Source: an uncultured Ruminococcus sp.
GTDB taxonomy: Bacteria; Bacillota; Clostridia; Oscillospirales; Ruminococcaceae
Length of the DNA: 64,000 bases
Assembly: GCA_902780695.1 (NCBI GenBank)
Contig: CACZGM010000008.1
Location: 509-64,508, forward strand
Direction: 5' to 3'
A program made the translations under genes and the position numbers. The notes beneath the pieces are model-generated. The model searched no databases. It saw only the letters and a program-made list of their open reading frames with translations, and was not told where the DNA came from. This document shows positions 41,808 through 52,202 of the stretch, in pieces; positions within the stretch are counted from its first letter, which is position 1; each line of letters starts with the position of its first letter.

Positions 41808-44212
41808 TATATTTCACCCTGCCTGACCGATATTCCGTCATCGTCTGCGGAGAGCAGTATCTTCTTCGGAGTGTTTTCTTCCGCGTCTATTATAAGATTT
41901 GCGATCCTATCCTCAACGTCCTCGCGGATAACGCGGAGAATGTCGCGTCCGCCGTACTTTCCGCCGTGGGACTTCTTTGCGATATACTTATACGCGCTGT
42001 CGTCGATCTCAAGTGTTATGCCGTTCTCGGAAAGAGCCTTTACGGTGTCGGAAAGCTGTAGCTTTGCTATATCCGCATAGTTTTCTTCCGTAAGCGGTGA
42101 GAATACAACAACTTCATCGACACGTCCGAGAAATTCGGGACGCAGGAAATCCTTAAGCGCCTTCATCGCTTTTTCCTTCGACATATCGCCGGCGGTCTTG
42201 CCGAAGCCCATGCCGGATTCACCGGTAGAAGACCCGGCATTCGAGGTCATGCAGATGATAGTGTTCTCGAAGTTTACTTTCTTGCCGTGAGAGTCGCTGA
42301 TCCTGCCCTCGTCAAGTATCTGGAGCAGTATATTCATAACGTCCGGGTGAGCTTTCTCTATCTCATCGAAAAGTATCACGGAATACGGCCTTCTGCGTAC
42401 CTTTTCGGTAAGCTGTCCCGCATCGTCGAATCCCACATATCCGGGAGGCGAACCTATGATCTTGGACACACTGTGTTTCTCCATATATTCCGACATATCG
42501 AGACGGATAAGCGGCTCGACACCGCTGAAAAGTTCCTCCGCAAGCACCTTGACGAGCTGTGTTTTTCCTACGCCGGTGGGTCCCACGAAAATGAATGACG
42601 CGGGTCTGCGCTTGGTGGTGAGGTTAACGCGTGTGCGTTTTATTGCCTTGGCTACCTTTTCGCAGGCTTCGTCCTGTCCGATTATCTTGGATTTCAGCAC
42701 GTTTTCGAGCTTTGCTATCTTGCGGAACTCGGTCTCCATTATCTTCTGCGCGGGAATACCTGTCCACATCTCAATAACGGTCGAGAGGTCGGCGGGGGTG
42801 AGCTTCACTTCCGATACGAGCGGTTCAAGACGTCTTATCTCCTCGTCGTTCTTTGCACGCTCGGTCTTTACGGCGGCGAGCTTCTCATAGTCGATCTCGC
42901 TTTCTTCCATAAGCTCTTCCTCGCGCTTTGCAAGCTCCTTTTCGAGCTTGCGGCACTTCTCCATTGCAGTGAGATCGTCGCTCTTTATGCTCGCACAGGC
43001 AGAAGCCTCGTCCAGCAGATCGATAGCCTTGTCCGGCAGATATCTGTCGGTGATGTATCTCTCCGAAAGCGTTACGCAGGGCATGATAAGCGCGTCGTCT
43101 ATCTTTATCTTGTGGTGTTCTTCATAGTAGCCCTTAATGCCGCGCAGAAGCTCGGCTGTCTCGTCTATGGTAGGTTCAAGCACGGTAACGGGCTGGAAAC
43201 GGCGTTCAAGCGCGCTGTCCTTTTCGATATGTTTGCGGTACTCATTGAATGTCGTTGCGCCGATGACCTGCAATTCACCGCGCGAGAGGGCGGGCTTGAA
43301 CATATTCGCGGCGTTCATCGTACCGTCGCTGTCACCTGTCCCGACAAGATTATGCACCTCATCTATGAATATGATGATGTTGCCGAGGTTCTTGATCTCC
43401 TCGATAAGCGACTTCACACGGCTCTCAAACTGTCCACGGAACTGTGTTCCCGCAACAAGCGCGGTAAGGTCGAGCAGATACAGCTCCTTGTCCTGGAGTC
43501 TGAACGGCACATTGCCGTCTGCGATACGCTGCGCTATTCCCTCTGCGATAGCTGTCTTTCCGACACCTGGCTCACCGATCAGGCAGGGATTGTTCTTTGA
43601 ACGGCGTGAAAGTATCTGGATAACGCGTTCGATCTCCTTGTCTCTGCCGATAATGCGGTCGAGCTTTCCGTTCTTTGCTTTGTCAGTTATATTGGTGCAG
43701 AAGGTGTTGAGGAACTTGCGCTTCTTCGCCTGTGCAGCCTTTTTCTTCTCCTCGGAGCGTTTTTTGCGTTCCGCTTTTTCACGTTCCTTGTCCTTTTTTA
43801 TATCTTCTTCGCTTGCGGGGACTTCATTTGCCGAACGATTGCTCATGTCGAAGAAACGCTGGAAGAAAGCTGGCATTGTGCCGCCCTCCTTGAAACCGTC
43901 AACGGCATCATCGTCGTCGTCGTCCTCGTCCTCGATATCCTCCACTTCATCGTCATCGTCGATGACCTCTTCTTCGATCTCATCTTCATCATCGTCGTTA
44001 TCAGCGTCGGGATTGCCGAAAAGCATATTTGAAGCATTTTCAAAGTCGATATCCGATATTCCCATCTGCTTCAGGTAGTTATCTACCTGCGGGATACCAA
44101 GCTCCTTTGCGCATTTAAGGCAATAACCGTTCTCAAATTTCTGCGTACCGCTCATTCCAGACATAAAAACGACAGCGGGTCTTTTGCGGCAGCGTGAGCA
44201 CATCATATCCAT
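41807..44212 (-). CDS. Clp/Hsp100 ATPase, ClpE-like (N-terminal zinc ribbon, two AAA+ modules)
   Basis: CSRCRKRP...CLKCAKE, then a D/E-rich tract. GEPGVGKT and GPTGVGKT Walker A motifs. Confidence 0.8.
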   Translation of the reverse strand: MDMMCSRCRKRPAVVFMSGMSGTQKFENGYCLKCAKELGIPQVDNYLKQMGISDIDFENASNMLFGNPDADNDDDEDEIEEEVIDDDDEVEDIEDEDDDDDDAVDGFKEGGTMPAFFQRFFDMSNRSANEVPASEEDIKKDKEREKAERKKRSEEKKKAAQAKKRKFLNTFCTNITDKAKNGKLDRIIGRDKEIERVIQILSRRSKNNPCLIGEPGVGKTAIAEGIAQRIADGNVPFRLQDKELYLLDLTALVAGTQFRGQFESRVKSLIEEIKNLGNIIIFIDEVHNLVGTGDSDGTMNAANMFKPALSRGELQVIGATTFNEYRKHIEKDSALERRFQPVTVLEPTIDETAELLRGIKGYYEEHHKIKIDDALIMPCVTLSERYITDRYLPDKAIDLLDEASACASIKSDDLTAMEKCRKLEKELAKREEELMEESEIDYEKLAAVKTERAKNDEEIRRLEPLVSEVKLTPADLSTVIEMWTGIPAQKIMETEFRKIAKLENVLKSKIIGQDEACEKVAKAIKRTRVNLTTKRRPASFIFVGPTGVGKTQLVKVLAEELFSGVEPLIRLDMSEYMEKHSVSKIIGSPPGYVGFDDAGQLTEKVRRRPYSVILFDEIEKAHPDVMNILLQILDEGRISDSHGKKVNFENTIICMTSNAGSSTGESGMGFGKTAGDMSKEKAMKALKDFLRPEFLGRVDEVVVFSPLTEENYADIAKLQLSDTVKALSENGITLEIDDSAYKYIAKKSHGGKYGGRDILRVIREDVEDRIANLIIDAEENTPKKILLSADDDGISVRQGEI

Positions 44213-44263
44213 AGTTGTATTTCCTTTCTTCTGTTTATTTCCGTAGTAGGTGTGTATCCATAA

Positions 44264-45307
44264 TTAAAGGCTTTCGAGAAGGGAGAGCGGGTCGAAAGCA
44301 TAAAAGTATCTGAATATTATCGTCCTGTCAATGGTGTTGCTGTTGAGGAATACCACTGAATCACCGCAGAGCGCAGATACCAGCTTTATTATCACGCACA
44401 GAAGCAGTATTATCACAAGCGCTTCCACAAGTCCGAGCAGGGCGCCCGCAACTCCGTTGACCGACGATACTATCGGTATCTTGTTTATTATCTTCGCGGC
44501 ATTCGCTATCATACCGAGTATCAGCAGGACTATTCCGAACAGCAGGCAGAATACGATCGCCCGGAGCGGTACCATTACCGTCGGTGTGATGATATCGTCC
44601 ATTATCCTGTCTCCGAAGGTCTGTCCCGCCGCGGTGAGTATCGAGACAACAAAGCTGTATATCGCGTCATTGCTTCCGGAGGACAGGTCGCTGCCGAGGT
44701 TTTTCAGTGAAGGAGATATTGTCTCCGCGAGCTTGTCACCGATATCCGAAAACGCTTTAGTGACAGTGTGCGACGTGAGATTTGATGATATTATCCGCGC
44801 AAGCACGATATTGCCGAGCCCGTATTTTTTCACGTCCGTTTCGGTAACATCTATATGTCCGAGCTTGACGTGCGACCAGTCGAAATACTCGTCTATGCCG
44901 AAGCCGGTAAGATCCGCATACTGAACGCCCGTCCTCGTAAGATCGACTGCCGACATATCGAGATCGGCGTGACGCTTGTCATCGTAAGTTATTTCGATAT
45001 CGCGCAGATAAGTGCCGTTGACGACAGCCTCGGACATATCCGTTTCCGACAGTCCCTTTATCACTTCGCTGTTTATCGAATCGCCGAGCTTTTCGGACAT
45101 ATAGTCCTCAACGTGTGAGCGTATGAACGAATCGTATATCTTTTCCGATATAAGCCCGTTGAAGGCGAAGGCGACTATGAACGCGATGATCGCCGCAGCT
45201 GCGCCTATCAGCACCGTCACGGCCCCTTTTTTAGCGCCGCGGTAGATATTAGCCGCGAAAATTCCGAGTACGGCAATATCGAAAAACCAGAAGAACTCGC
45301 TTCCCAT
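44264..45307 (-). CDS. CvpA-family membrane protein
   Basis: N-terminus FFWFFDIAVLGIFAANIYRGAKKG is typical of CvpA. Further TM helices at the C-terminus. Confidence 0.55.
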   Translation of the reverse strand: MGSEFFWFFDIAVLGIFAANIYRGAKKGAVTVLIGAAAAIIAFIVAFAFNGLISEKIYDSFIRSHVEDYMSEKLGDSINSEVIKGLSETDMSEAVVNGTYLRDIEITYDDKRHADLDMSAVDLTRTGVQYADLTGFGIDEYFDWSHVKLGHIDVTETDVKKYGLGNIVLARIISSNLTSHTVTKAFSDIGDKLAETISPSLKNLGSDLSSGSNDAIYSFVVSILTAAGQTFGDRIMDDIITPTVMVPLRAIVFCLLFGIVLLILGMIANAAKIINKIPIVSSVNGVAGALLGLVEALVIILLLCVIIKLVSALCGDSVVFLNSNTIDRTIIFRYFYAFDPLSLLESL

Positions 45308-45403
45308 ATTTCCAGTTTCTTATCTCCTTTTTTGTGTTTCTTGTATCTGTCCGCAATGAATGCGTTACCGTATGATCCGGAAATCTGCGAACGTTATTAT
45401 TGC

Positions 45404-46714
45404 TTATTCGATTATTATCAGTTCGCTTTCCGTTCTCTCTGTCTTAGTTGTATTTTCGGCAGGCTTTTCGTTTTCCGCGGCAGGAGCTTCAGAGTCCTGC
45501 GAGGAGTAAACGTTTGTCTTGCCCAGAGTTTCATATCCGAGCATATAGAGGTTGCCGGATATCTTGACAAAATGGGAATAATCGTCATCCGGGGTCTGTA
45601 TATATCTTTCCCCGATAAGTCCTTCGTCGAATATCTTTACCCTTGACCCCTCAAGAACGTAGATACCGCTTGCGTCGGCATAAACGCAGGATGCATTTGC
45701 CGAAACATAAGCGAGCGACACGGCAGAGGCGTTCGCGTCGAGTTCAAGCAGCACGTTCTTGTTTGTTGAGATATCACTGTAATGCACAATAACGGAGTTC
45801 TCACCGGCATAATAGTTTTTCAGCGTACCGGTAAAGGCATACATTCCGATCTGCTCGCCCGTTGCCTGATCAAGCGACAAGACACAGTTGTCGCATACAG
45901 CAGTAACAGTGCTCTTGCCATAGTAAAGACCGCAGGGCAGGCTGTTTGTGCGCAGTGTGTATTTCCACAGCGGCGCGTCCGCCGAACGCACGGAAAAACG
46001 ATAGAATGATGTGAGTATATCTCCGCTCGAAGCGCTGACCGTCGATACGACTATATGCTCTCCGTCACCGGCGGAGCACACCTGCATCACGTTCTCGTCC
46101 GCGAATTTCTTGGTATAGAGCCAGTTTCCGCCGTCGTCGTAGATATACAGTATATTCGCGTAACGCTTAGACTGCGTTACAAGCGCCGCTAGACCGTCTC
46201 CGCCGACAGAAGCGTACACTATCTTGTCTTCGAGCGCCTTCTGATAGATAAGGCTCGATTTGCTGTACAGCGCGAAGTTGTACGCGAGCTTGTCATAAAG
46301 CAGTATGCGCTTTTCGCTGGTAGCCTGTTCCGGGTGGGAATACCCGTGTTTCAGCGCGTAATTCTGTGCGCCGGAAGTATCATAAGCGTACAGGTAAGTG
46401 TCGGTCAGCAACGACAGATTATCGCCGAATTTCATCAGCGAATACTCGCTGCTTCCGGGCAGCTCTATCGGAAATCCCACGTCGTCGGTCGTTTTTGTCT
46501 GCACCTTTGACGCGATACCTCTCAGCGGCTCGAAAATGGTTGCCGCGTTCAGCCACACGAATACGACAGCAGCTGCTGCGAGCGCAAATACGATCAGCTT
46601 AAGTATCAGCGTTCCGCGTTTTTTCTTTTTTCTGTATTTTCTCAGATCAGTGTTCTTCGGCTTCTTCGCAGTTTTTTCACTGCCCGTCGCCTCCGCAAGA
46701 TCGGGAACTTTCAT
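45404..46714 (-). CDS. membrane-anchored extracellular protein, unknown function
   Basis: ATG 46714 after AAGGGGTGA. Basic stretch, then a TM segment (LILKLIVFALAAAAVVFVW), then a beta-rich domain. Confidence 0.55.
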   Translation of the reverse strand: MKVPDLAEATGSEKTAKKPKNTDLRKYRKKKKRGTLILKLIVFALAAAAVVFVWLNAATIFEPLRGIASKVQTKTTDDVGFPIELPGSSEYSLMKFGDNLSLLTDTYLYAYDTSGAQNYALKHGYSHPEQATSEKRILLYDKLAYNFALYSKSSLIYQKALEDKIVYASVGGDGLAALVTQSKRYANILYIYDDGGNWLYTKKFADENVMQVCSAGDGEHIVVSTVSASSGDILTSFYRFSVRSADAPLWKYTLRTNSLPCGLYYGKSTVTAVCDNCVLSLDQATGEQIGMYAFTGTLKNYYAGENSVIVHYSDISTNKNVLLELDANASAVSLAYVSANASCVYADASGIYVLEGSRVKIFDEGLIGERYIQTPDDDYSHFVKISGNLYMLGYETLGKTNVYSSQDSEAPAAENEKPAENTTKTERTESELIIIE

Positions 46715-46726
46715 CGTATCACCCCT

Positions 46727-46816
46727 TGGAATAGTGAATAATGAATAATTGTTGTATATTGTTCGTCCTGCTTTGTCCTTCGGCGATGATATGAATTGTG
46801 ACAAAGCGGGAAGTAT
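46727..46816 (-). repeat. box-hairpin-heptamer intergenic element, copy 2
   Basis: Heptamers TGGAATA GTGAATA ATGAATA, degenerate CCTTCGG hairpin region, and box TGAATTGTGACAAAGCGGGAAGTAT (46792-46816), 24/25 identical to copy 1. Confidence 0.6.
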
Positions 46817-46827
46817 TGTTCTTCTGT

Positions 46828-47580
46828 TTAATAAATAACCTTATTCAGATACAGTCCGTGCGGGGGGATAGTCACACCCGCATCAGTACGTTCACCAGTT
46901 TCGAGTGAGCGGGCAATGTCAGCTTCCGTGCGCTTGCCCTCGTTCACATAGATGAGAGTTCCGACCATTATCCGCACCATATTGTGCAGAAAGCCGTCAC
47001 CGCTTACCGTGAAACTCACCGTATCTCCTGAGCGTGTCACGGTGAAATCAAATACCGTGCGCACGGTCGTTTTCAGGTGTTCCTTGGCTTCAGCCTTGCA
47101 GAATGCCGCAAAATCGTGTGTACCCACAAAGAGCTTCGCCGCGGAATCAAGCCGCTTCTCATCAAGCCGGTACGGATAGAACAGCGCAAGGTCGCTGCCG
47201 AAGACGTCCTTGTGCGCCGCGTTGTTCACAAGGTAGATGTATTCCTTCCCGTGTGCGGAGAAGCGCGCGTGGAAGTCTTCGCCGGCATCTTCGCAGGACA
47301 GCACCGCTATGTCGTCCGAAAGCATCTTGTTCATTGCCCGCATAAGACCGGGGCAGGGGATAACCGAATCTGTCCAGGCATTCAGGAAAAACTCCCTTGC
47401 GTGAACGCCCGCGTCCGTGCGCGAACACCCGTGCGCTGTTATCCTTTGGTTCATTATCCTGCTCATGCAGTCCTCAACGAGCTGCTGAACGGTGATGTTG
47501 TTGTTCTGCCTTTGCCAGCCGTGATAAGCTGTGCCGTTGTAGGCAATGCAGATCCTGATATTTCGCAATATCCCCGTCAC
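46828..47580 (-). CDS. truA: tRNA pseudouridine(38-40) synthase
   Basis: GCSRTDAGVHA catalytic-Asp motif. 250 aa. Confidence 0.85.
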   Translation of the reverse strand: MTGILRNIRICIAYNGTAYHGWQRQNNNITVQQLVEDCMSRIMNQRITAHGCSRTDAGVHAREFFLNAWTDSVIPCPGLMRAMNKMLSDDIAVLSCEDAGEDFHARFSAHGKEYIYLVNNAAHKDVFGSDLALFYPYRLDEKRLDSAAKLFVGTHDFAAFCKAEAKEHLKTTVRTVFDFTVTRSGDTVSFTVSGDGFLHNMVRIMVGTLIYVNEGKRTEADIARSLETGERTDAGVTIPPHGLYLNKVIY

Positions 47581-48695
47581 TCCTCCGCGGCGTTCCCGGT
47601 GACTGCATCATTTTCGGACTCTGTCCCGGATTCCGTACTGTTTGCTCTGATATATGCTGTTATGTCGGACATACCGTCCCATTCTGTAAGCGGCTGTGTG
47701 CATTCACGGTCAGAATAAACTGTGAAGTCAGTTCTGTTGTCCGCTATGAAGCCTACCGAAACATTCTGTGGCACATCGAGAGAAAGCCTCATTTCACCGG
47801 GAGTGTCCGGTTCGTAAATATACGATACATTCATAAACCGGTAAGCCGCGCGTGAAAATGCCATTTTCAGTACACGTGATGCGCTCGGTTCCGGAGTGTC
47901 ATATTCCGCCGTGATAGTCTGTATCTCCTCAGGCTCTCCGTCAATAACGCTTATGGTATGGTGACTTGTCATCTCAAGTGTCTGAGCGTCGGCAACAAGT
48001 TCAGTCCTTATTGTCTGCCCCGTGTACAGCTTGCCGACCGTGTTCTCGATATAAAAACGGCTGCTTTCCTCATCACATTCTATGAAAAGGTAGATCTTGC
48101 CGTCCTGCTCGTAGCCTTCCGTGATGACTTCATGCTCCGGATCGAACCATTCGCTTTCGAGATCCGGTACATAGCAGTTCGGGTGTGATGTATAGTTTTT
48201 GGAAAAATCCATGATATACTGCATATCATAGTATTCATTATCGTTTGTCCTTATGGTGCTGAGCATAAGAACTGTCCTGTCAAAACAGTACTGCGCACTG
48301 CTGCTGCCCTCGGCATACATACCATACTGTGTAAGGTAGAAGTGATCGGCTTTGTCCTGCGAGTTCGGATAGTCGTTGTTAAAGATATATTCAGCAGACG
48401 TATGCTTTGAGAGTATGCCGTCAATCTGATTGGCCGTGAAGAACCTGTGATTAAGATCCGTAAGCTCCTCCGGGCTGAAATATTTCTTTTCGCCGGTATC
48501 CGTATCGGTTTCCGGTGATCCGTTCTCCGACGACAGAGTATCTCCGGAGGTGTCTTCCGGATTTGTTGTTTCCGCCGTCGTTTCGTCCGTCTGTACAGCA
48601 GATGTGTCTGCTGCTGCGTTCTGCGGTGTGCTCCCGCAGCCTGCCGCAAATGCTGTCAAAGCGGCAAGTATCACAGCGGTTATCTTTCTGTTCAT
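47577..48695 (-). CDS. lipoprotein, unknown function
   Basis: Signal peptide with lipobox LTAFAAGCGS. Confidence 0.6.
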   Translation of the reverse strand: MNRKITAVILAALTAFAAGCGSTPQNAAADTSAVQTDETTAETTNPEDTSGDTLSSENGSPETDTDTGEKKYFSPEELTDLNHRFFTANQIDGILSKHTSAEYIFNNDYPNSQDKADHFYLTQYGMYAEGSSSAQYCFDRTVLMLSTIRTNDNEYYDMQYIMDFSKNYTSHPNCYVPDLESEWFDPEHEVITEGYEQDGKIYLFIECDEESSRFYIENTVGKLYTGQTIRTELVADAQTLEMTSHHTISVIDGEPEEIQTITAEYDTPEPSASRVLKMAFSRAAYRFMNVSYIYEPDTPGEMRLSLDVPQNVSVGFIADNRTDFTVYSDRECTQPLTEWDGMSDITAYIRANSTESGTESENDAVTGNAAEE

Positions 48696-48741
48696 GATTG
48701 ATCTTTCCTTTGATGATATAACAGATCCTGTTCCGTTACGC

Positions 48742-49554
48742 TTATTGGGCGAAAACGATATTGTTTATGATGACCATTCCGAAAACGCACAGTGTAAGTC
48801 CCGATGCATAAATGTCGAGCTTTGAGAATCTGAGTACGCGCAGCTTTGTGCGTCCTTCGCCGCCCTTGTAGCAGCGGCACTCCATAGCCGTCGCAAGTTC
48901 GTTAGCACGCTTGAACGCGCTTACGAACAGCGGTATTAGTATCGGTACCATAGCCTTGGCGCGGCTGAACACATTGCCCGTGTCGAGAGCCGCTCCTCGT
49001 GCCTTCTGCGCCATCATGATCTTGTTCAGCTCCTCGATAAGAGTAGGAATGAAACGCAGGGCAATAGTCATCATCATTGCAAGCTCATGCACCGGAAATT
49101 TCACCTTTTTCAGCGGTGAGAGCAGGCTCTCAATAGCGTCTGTTAGTACTATCGGCGAAGTAGTGTAGGTGAGCAGTGACATTCCGATTATCAGGAACAG
49201 TATGCGCACCACCATGAATATCGACGTTTCAACGCCTTTCCAATATATTGTTATAAAACCCGTGTCTATGAGCGGCGTGTCGTCTCCTCTGACAAAAAGC
49301 AGGTTGAGAAGCGCCGTAAATATGATGATCGCGAGCACGGGTTTTATGCTTTTGAAGATAAGTCTGAAGCTTATCCCCGAGACCGAGTACACCATTATCA
49401 TAAATACGCAGGCTATGCCGAGACCGTAGAAATTCTGCGCTGTGAACAGCATCACGACGTATATGATGTCAAGCACTATCTTGAACCTGCTGTCCATTCG
49501 GTGTATAACGGAATTTCCGGGGAAAAACTGCCCTATCGTTATGTCGTTAAGCAT
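48742..49554 (-). CDS. ecfT: ECF transporter transmembrane component
   Basis: 270-aa multi-TM protein, with ALRFIP and AQKARG motifs, directly downstream of the ECF ATPases. Confidence 0.8.
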   Translation of the reverse strand: MLNDITIGQFFPGNSVIHRMDSRFKIVLDIIYVVMLFTAQNFYGLGIACVFMIMVYSVSGISFRLIFKSIKPVLAIIIFTALLNLLFVRGDDTPLIDTGFITIYWKGVETSIFMVVRILFLIIGMSLLTYTTSPIVLTDAIESLLSPLKKVKFPVHELAMMMTIALRFIPTLIEELNKIMMAQKARGAALDTGNVFSRAKAMVPILIPLFVSAFKRANELATAMECRCYKGGEGRTKLRVLRFSKLDIYASGLTLCVFGMVIINNIVFAQ

Positions 49555-51304
49555 TTGTTATCTCCAGTATCCTTTTCTTTGCTCTTTCTGTTGTGTATAT
49601 ATCTTTTCCTATATCCATTCCCTCTGCCGCGAGGATATGCGAGAGACGCGATATCTGCGGTATTCCGAGGCCTATCTGTTCCAGCTCTCTTGTGCGGCTG
49701 AACACAGTGTCCGTGTCCTCATAGCAGAAAAGTCTGCCGCGGTTCATTACGAGTATCTTCTCCGCGTATTTCACGATATCTTCCATTGAATGAGATACAA
49801 GAAGTATAGTCGTGCCGGAATATCTGTGGTATTCACTTATCTTGTCGAGAACGCTGTCTCTGCCTTTCGGGTCAAGTCCCGCGGCAGGCTCGTCAAGTAT
49901 CAGTATCTCCGGCTGCATAGCGATGACTCCCGCGAGAGCCGCTCTGCGTTTCTGACCGCCCGACAGATCAAAGGGCGAACGTTTCAGCAGATCGCGATCT
50001 ATGCCCATAGCTTCCGCTGCGGCATGGACACGCTTGTCGATCTCTTCCTCGTTCAGTCCCATATTTTTCGGGCCGAAGGCGATGTCCTTATATACCGTTT
50101 CCTCGAAAAGCTGATATTCGGAGTATTGGAAAACAAGTCCCGACATAAACCGCACGGAGCGGATATCGCTGCCCTTTGCCCAGATATTTCTGCCGGCGAT
50201 GTAAACATCACCCGATGTAGGCTTCAGCAGTCCGTTGAGGTGCTGTATCAGCGTGGATTTCCCGCTTCCGGTGTGTCCGATGACGCCGACGAACTGCCCC
50301 TTCGCGATGCTCACGCTCACGTTGTCCACAGCGGTAGCCTCAAACGGCGTTCCTACGCTGTATTTGTATGTGAGGTGCTTTGTTTCGGCTATGGCGGGAG
50401 CTTCCTTCTTGTTTTCCAGAGTGCTTTCCTCCGCCGGTGCTCCGCACTTTGCCTTATGCGGGAGCTTCAAAAGCGCGTCCGCACATTCGCGTTCTGTGAG
50501 AACATCGACGGGAACATCGAGCCCGCTTTTTTTCAGCTCGTACATCAGCTCGGTGACCTGCGGCACATCGAGTGAGTGCTCGCGGAGCATATCCACCTGC
50601 GCGAATATCTCTTTCGGGGTGCCGTCCGCGATGATCAGGCCGCTGTCCATTACCACGACCCTGTCCGCCTGCACGGCTTCGTCCATGTAGTGCGTTATCA
50701 GCACTATGGTCACGCCCTGCGAGTTGAGCAGCTTCACCGTCGCCATGACTTCGGCTCTGCCTTTCGGGTCGAGCATCGCGGTCGGCTCGTCCAGAACGAT
50801 ACATTCCGGGCGCATAGCAAGTATTCCCGCGATTGCGACTCTCTGCTTCTGTCCGCCGGAGAGCTGGTGAGGTGAGTGTTCGCGGTATTCGTACATATCC
50901 ACGAGTCTCAGAGCAACATCGACACGCTTGCGTATCTCATTCGGCGGAACTCCGAGGTTCTCCAGCGCGAATGCCACATCCTCTTCGACTACGGTGGCAA
51001 CGAGCTGATTGTCGGGGTTCTGGAATACCATACCGACGATCTGGCGGATATCGAACACCGTTTCCTCATCGGCGGCGTTTATCCCGTTTATCAGTACGGT
51101 GCCGGAGGTCGCTGTGAGGATTCCGTTGAGGTGCTTGGCAAGAGTGGACTTGCCGCATCCGTTATGTCCGAGCACAGCAAGGAACTGTCCTTTCGGGACC
51201 GTGAGGTCAACACCGCGCAGCGCTTTGTTCGCGCCGATCTCCTCGCCGTTCTCGTCGTATTCTTTATATTCAAATTCAAGATCCTTGACTTCGATTATGT
51301 TCAT
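49547..51304 (-). CDS. fused ECF transporter ATPase (EcfA1-EcfA2 in one polypeptide)
   Basis: Two complete ABC cassettes, each with Walker A (GHNGCGKST; GHTGSGKST), signature LSGGQK and Walker B (LDEP). Confidence 0.8.
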   Translation of the reverse strand: MNIIEVKDLEFEYKEYDENGEEIGANKALRGVDLTVPKGQFLAVLGHNGCGKSTLAKHLNGILTATSGTVLINGINAADEETVFDIRQIVGMVFQNPDNQLVATVVEEDVAFALENLGVPPNEIRKRVDVALRLVDMYEYREHSPHQLSGGQKQRVAIAGILAMRPECIVLDEPTAMLDPKGRAEVMATVKLLNSQGVTIVLITHYMDEAVQADRVVVMDSGLIIADGTPKEIFAQVDMLREHSLDVPQVTELMYELKKSGLDVPVDVLTERECADALLKLPHKAKCGAPAEESTLENKKEAPAIAETKHLTYKYSVGTPFEATAVDNVSVSIAKGQFVGVIGHTGSGKSTLIQHLNGLLKPTSGDVYIAGRNIWAKGSDIRSVRFMSGLVFQYSEYQLFEETVYKDIAFGPKNMGLNEEEIDKRVHAAAEAMGIDRDLLKRSPFDLSGGQKRRAALAGVIAMQPEILILDEPAAGLDPKGRDSVLDKISEYHRYSGTTILLVSHSMEDIVKYAEKILVMNRGRLFCYEDTDTVFSRTRELEQIGLGIPQISRLSHILAAEGMDIGKDIYTTERAKKRILEITNA

Positions 51305-51327
51305 CTGGTTTCCTTTGTTCTTTGCCT

Positions 51328-52200
51328 TTATCTCTGTTCAAACAGCGCTGTCGCCGTATTCCCGCACGGTATCGGAAGACCCGTTCTCTCTACCGGGAGA
51401 CCAATTTCCTCAGCGCTTATTTCCGCCTTGTACTTCTGACCGACTGTCATTTTCAGCAGATAAGCCATTACCGAGGGAGAAAGTCCGGTTGTGTAGCTGT
51501 TAAGAAGCACGAACAGCGGCTTGTCGGAAAGCACCGCGGTGCATCTCTCCATAAGCTCGTAGATGCAGTCCTCCAGCTTCCACAGTTCGCCGTTGGTGCC
51601 GCGGCCGTAGCTCGGCGGGTCAAGGATAATGCCGTCGTATCGGTTCCCGCGCTTTATTTCGCGGCCGAGGAATTTCATTGCGTCGTCGGTTATCCAGCGT
51701 ATCGGCTTGTCGGCAAGCCCGGACAGCCGTGCGTTCTCCTTGCCCCACTCGACCATATTCTTTACCGCGTCAAGGTGGCATACCTTTGCTCCCGCGGCTG
51801 CGCACGCAAGGGTAGCTCCGCCCGTGTAAGCAAACAGGTTCAGCACGTTAATCTCGCGTCCGGCACCCGTAATAAGTTCGCGGCAGAGATCCCAGTTCAC
51901 AGCCTGCTCCGGGAAAAGTCCGGTATGCTTGAAGCCGGTCGGCTTGACGAGAAATGTGAGCTCCCCGTATCTTATGTTCCAGCTTTCCGGCAGCTTTTTC
52001 CGGTAATCCCAACTTCCGCCGCCCGTTGAGGAGCGGTTGTATTTGGCGTGAACGTTATCCCATTCCGGAGAAGGGGAGGGGTTCTGCCATATCACCTGCG
52101 GGTCGGGTCTGATGAGGGTAACATCGCCCCACTTTTCGAGCCTGTCTCCGCCGGAAGTGTCTATAAGGCGGTAATCCCGCCATTTGTCGGCAATTCTCAT
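51328..52200 (-). CDS. class I SAM-dependent RNA methyltransferase (RlmI/RlmK-like)
   Basis: VLNLFAYTGGATLA (motif I) and GIILDPPSYGRG. Confidence 0.65.
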   Translation of the reverse strand: MRIADKWRDYRLIDTSGGDRLEKWGDVTLIRPDPQVIWQNPSPSPEWDNVHAKYNRSSTGGGSWDYRKKLPESWNIRYGELTFLVKPTGFKHTGLFPEQAVNWDLCRELITGAGREINVLNLFAYTGGATLACAAAGAKVCHLDAVKNMVEWGKENARLSGLADKPIRWITDDAMKFLGREIKRGNRYDGIILDPPSYGRGTNGELWKLEDCIYELMERCTAVLSDKPLFVLLNSYTTGLSPSVMAYLLKMTVGQKYKAEISAEEIGLPVERTGLPIPCGNTATALFEQR

Positions 52201-52202
52201 AT

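Noticed and set aside
43137-44078. 313-aa plus-strand ORF (Ser-rich) antisense to the Clp ATPase gene. Similar long antisense ORFs occur at 55883..57031, 32674..33669, 36938..37798, 5369..6157 and 1655..2410.
   Set aside because: Each lies opposite a gene with clear family motifs. They lack an RBS and have skewed, non-protein-like composition.
45340-45420. Possible fifth, inverted copy of the box-hairpin-heptamer element (shares TATGATCCG and an ATTATT-rich run).
   Set aside because: The AT-rich run is the coding 3' end of 45404..46714 (..ELIIIE stop). The similarity is only ~9 nt, and the order and orientation differ from the other four copies.
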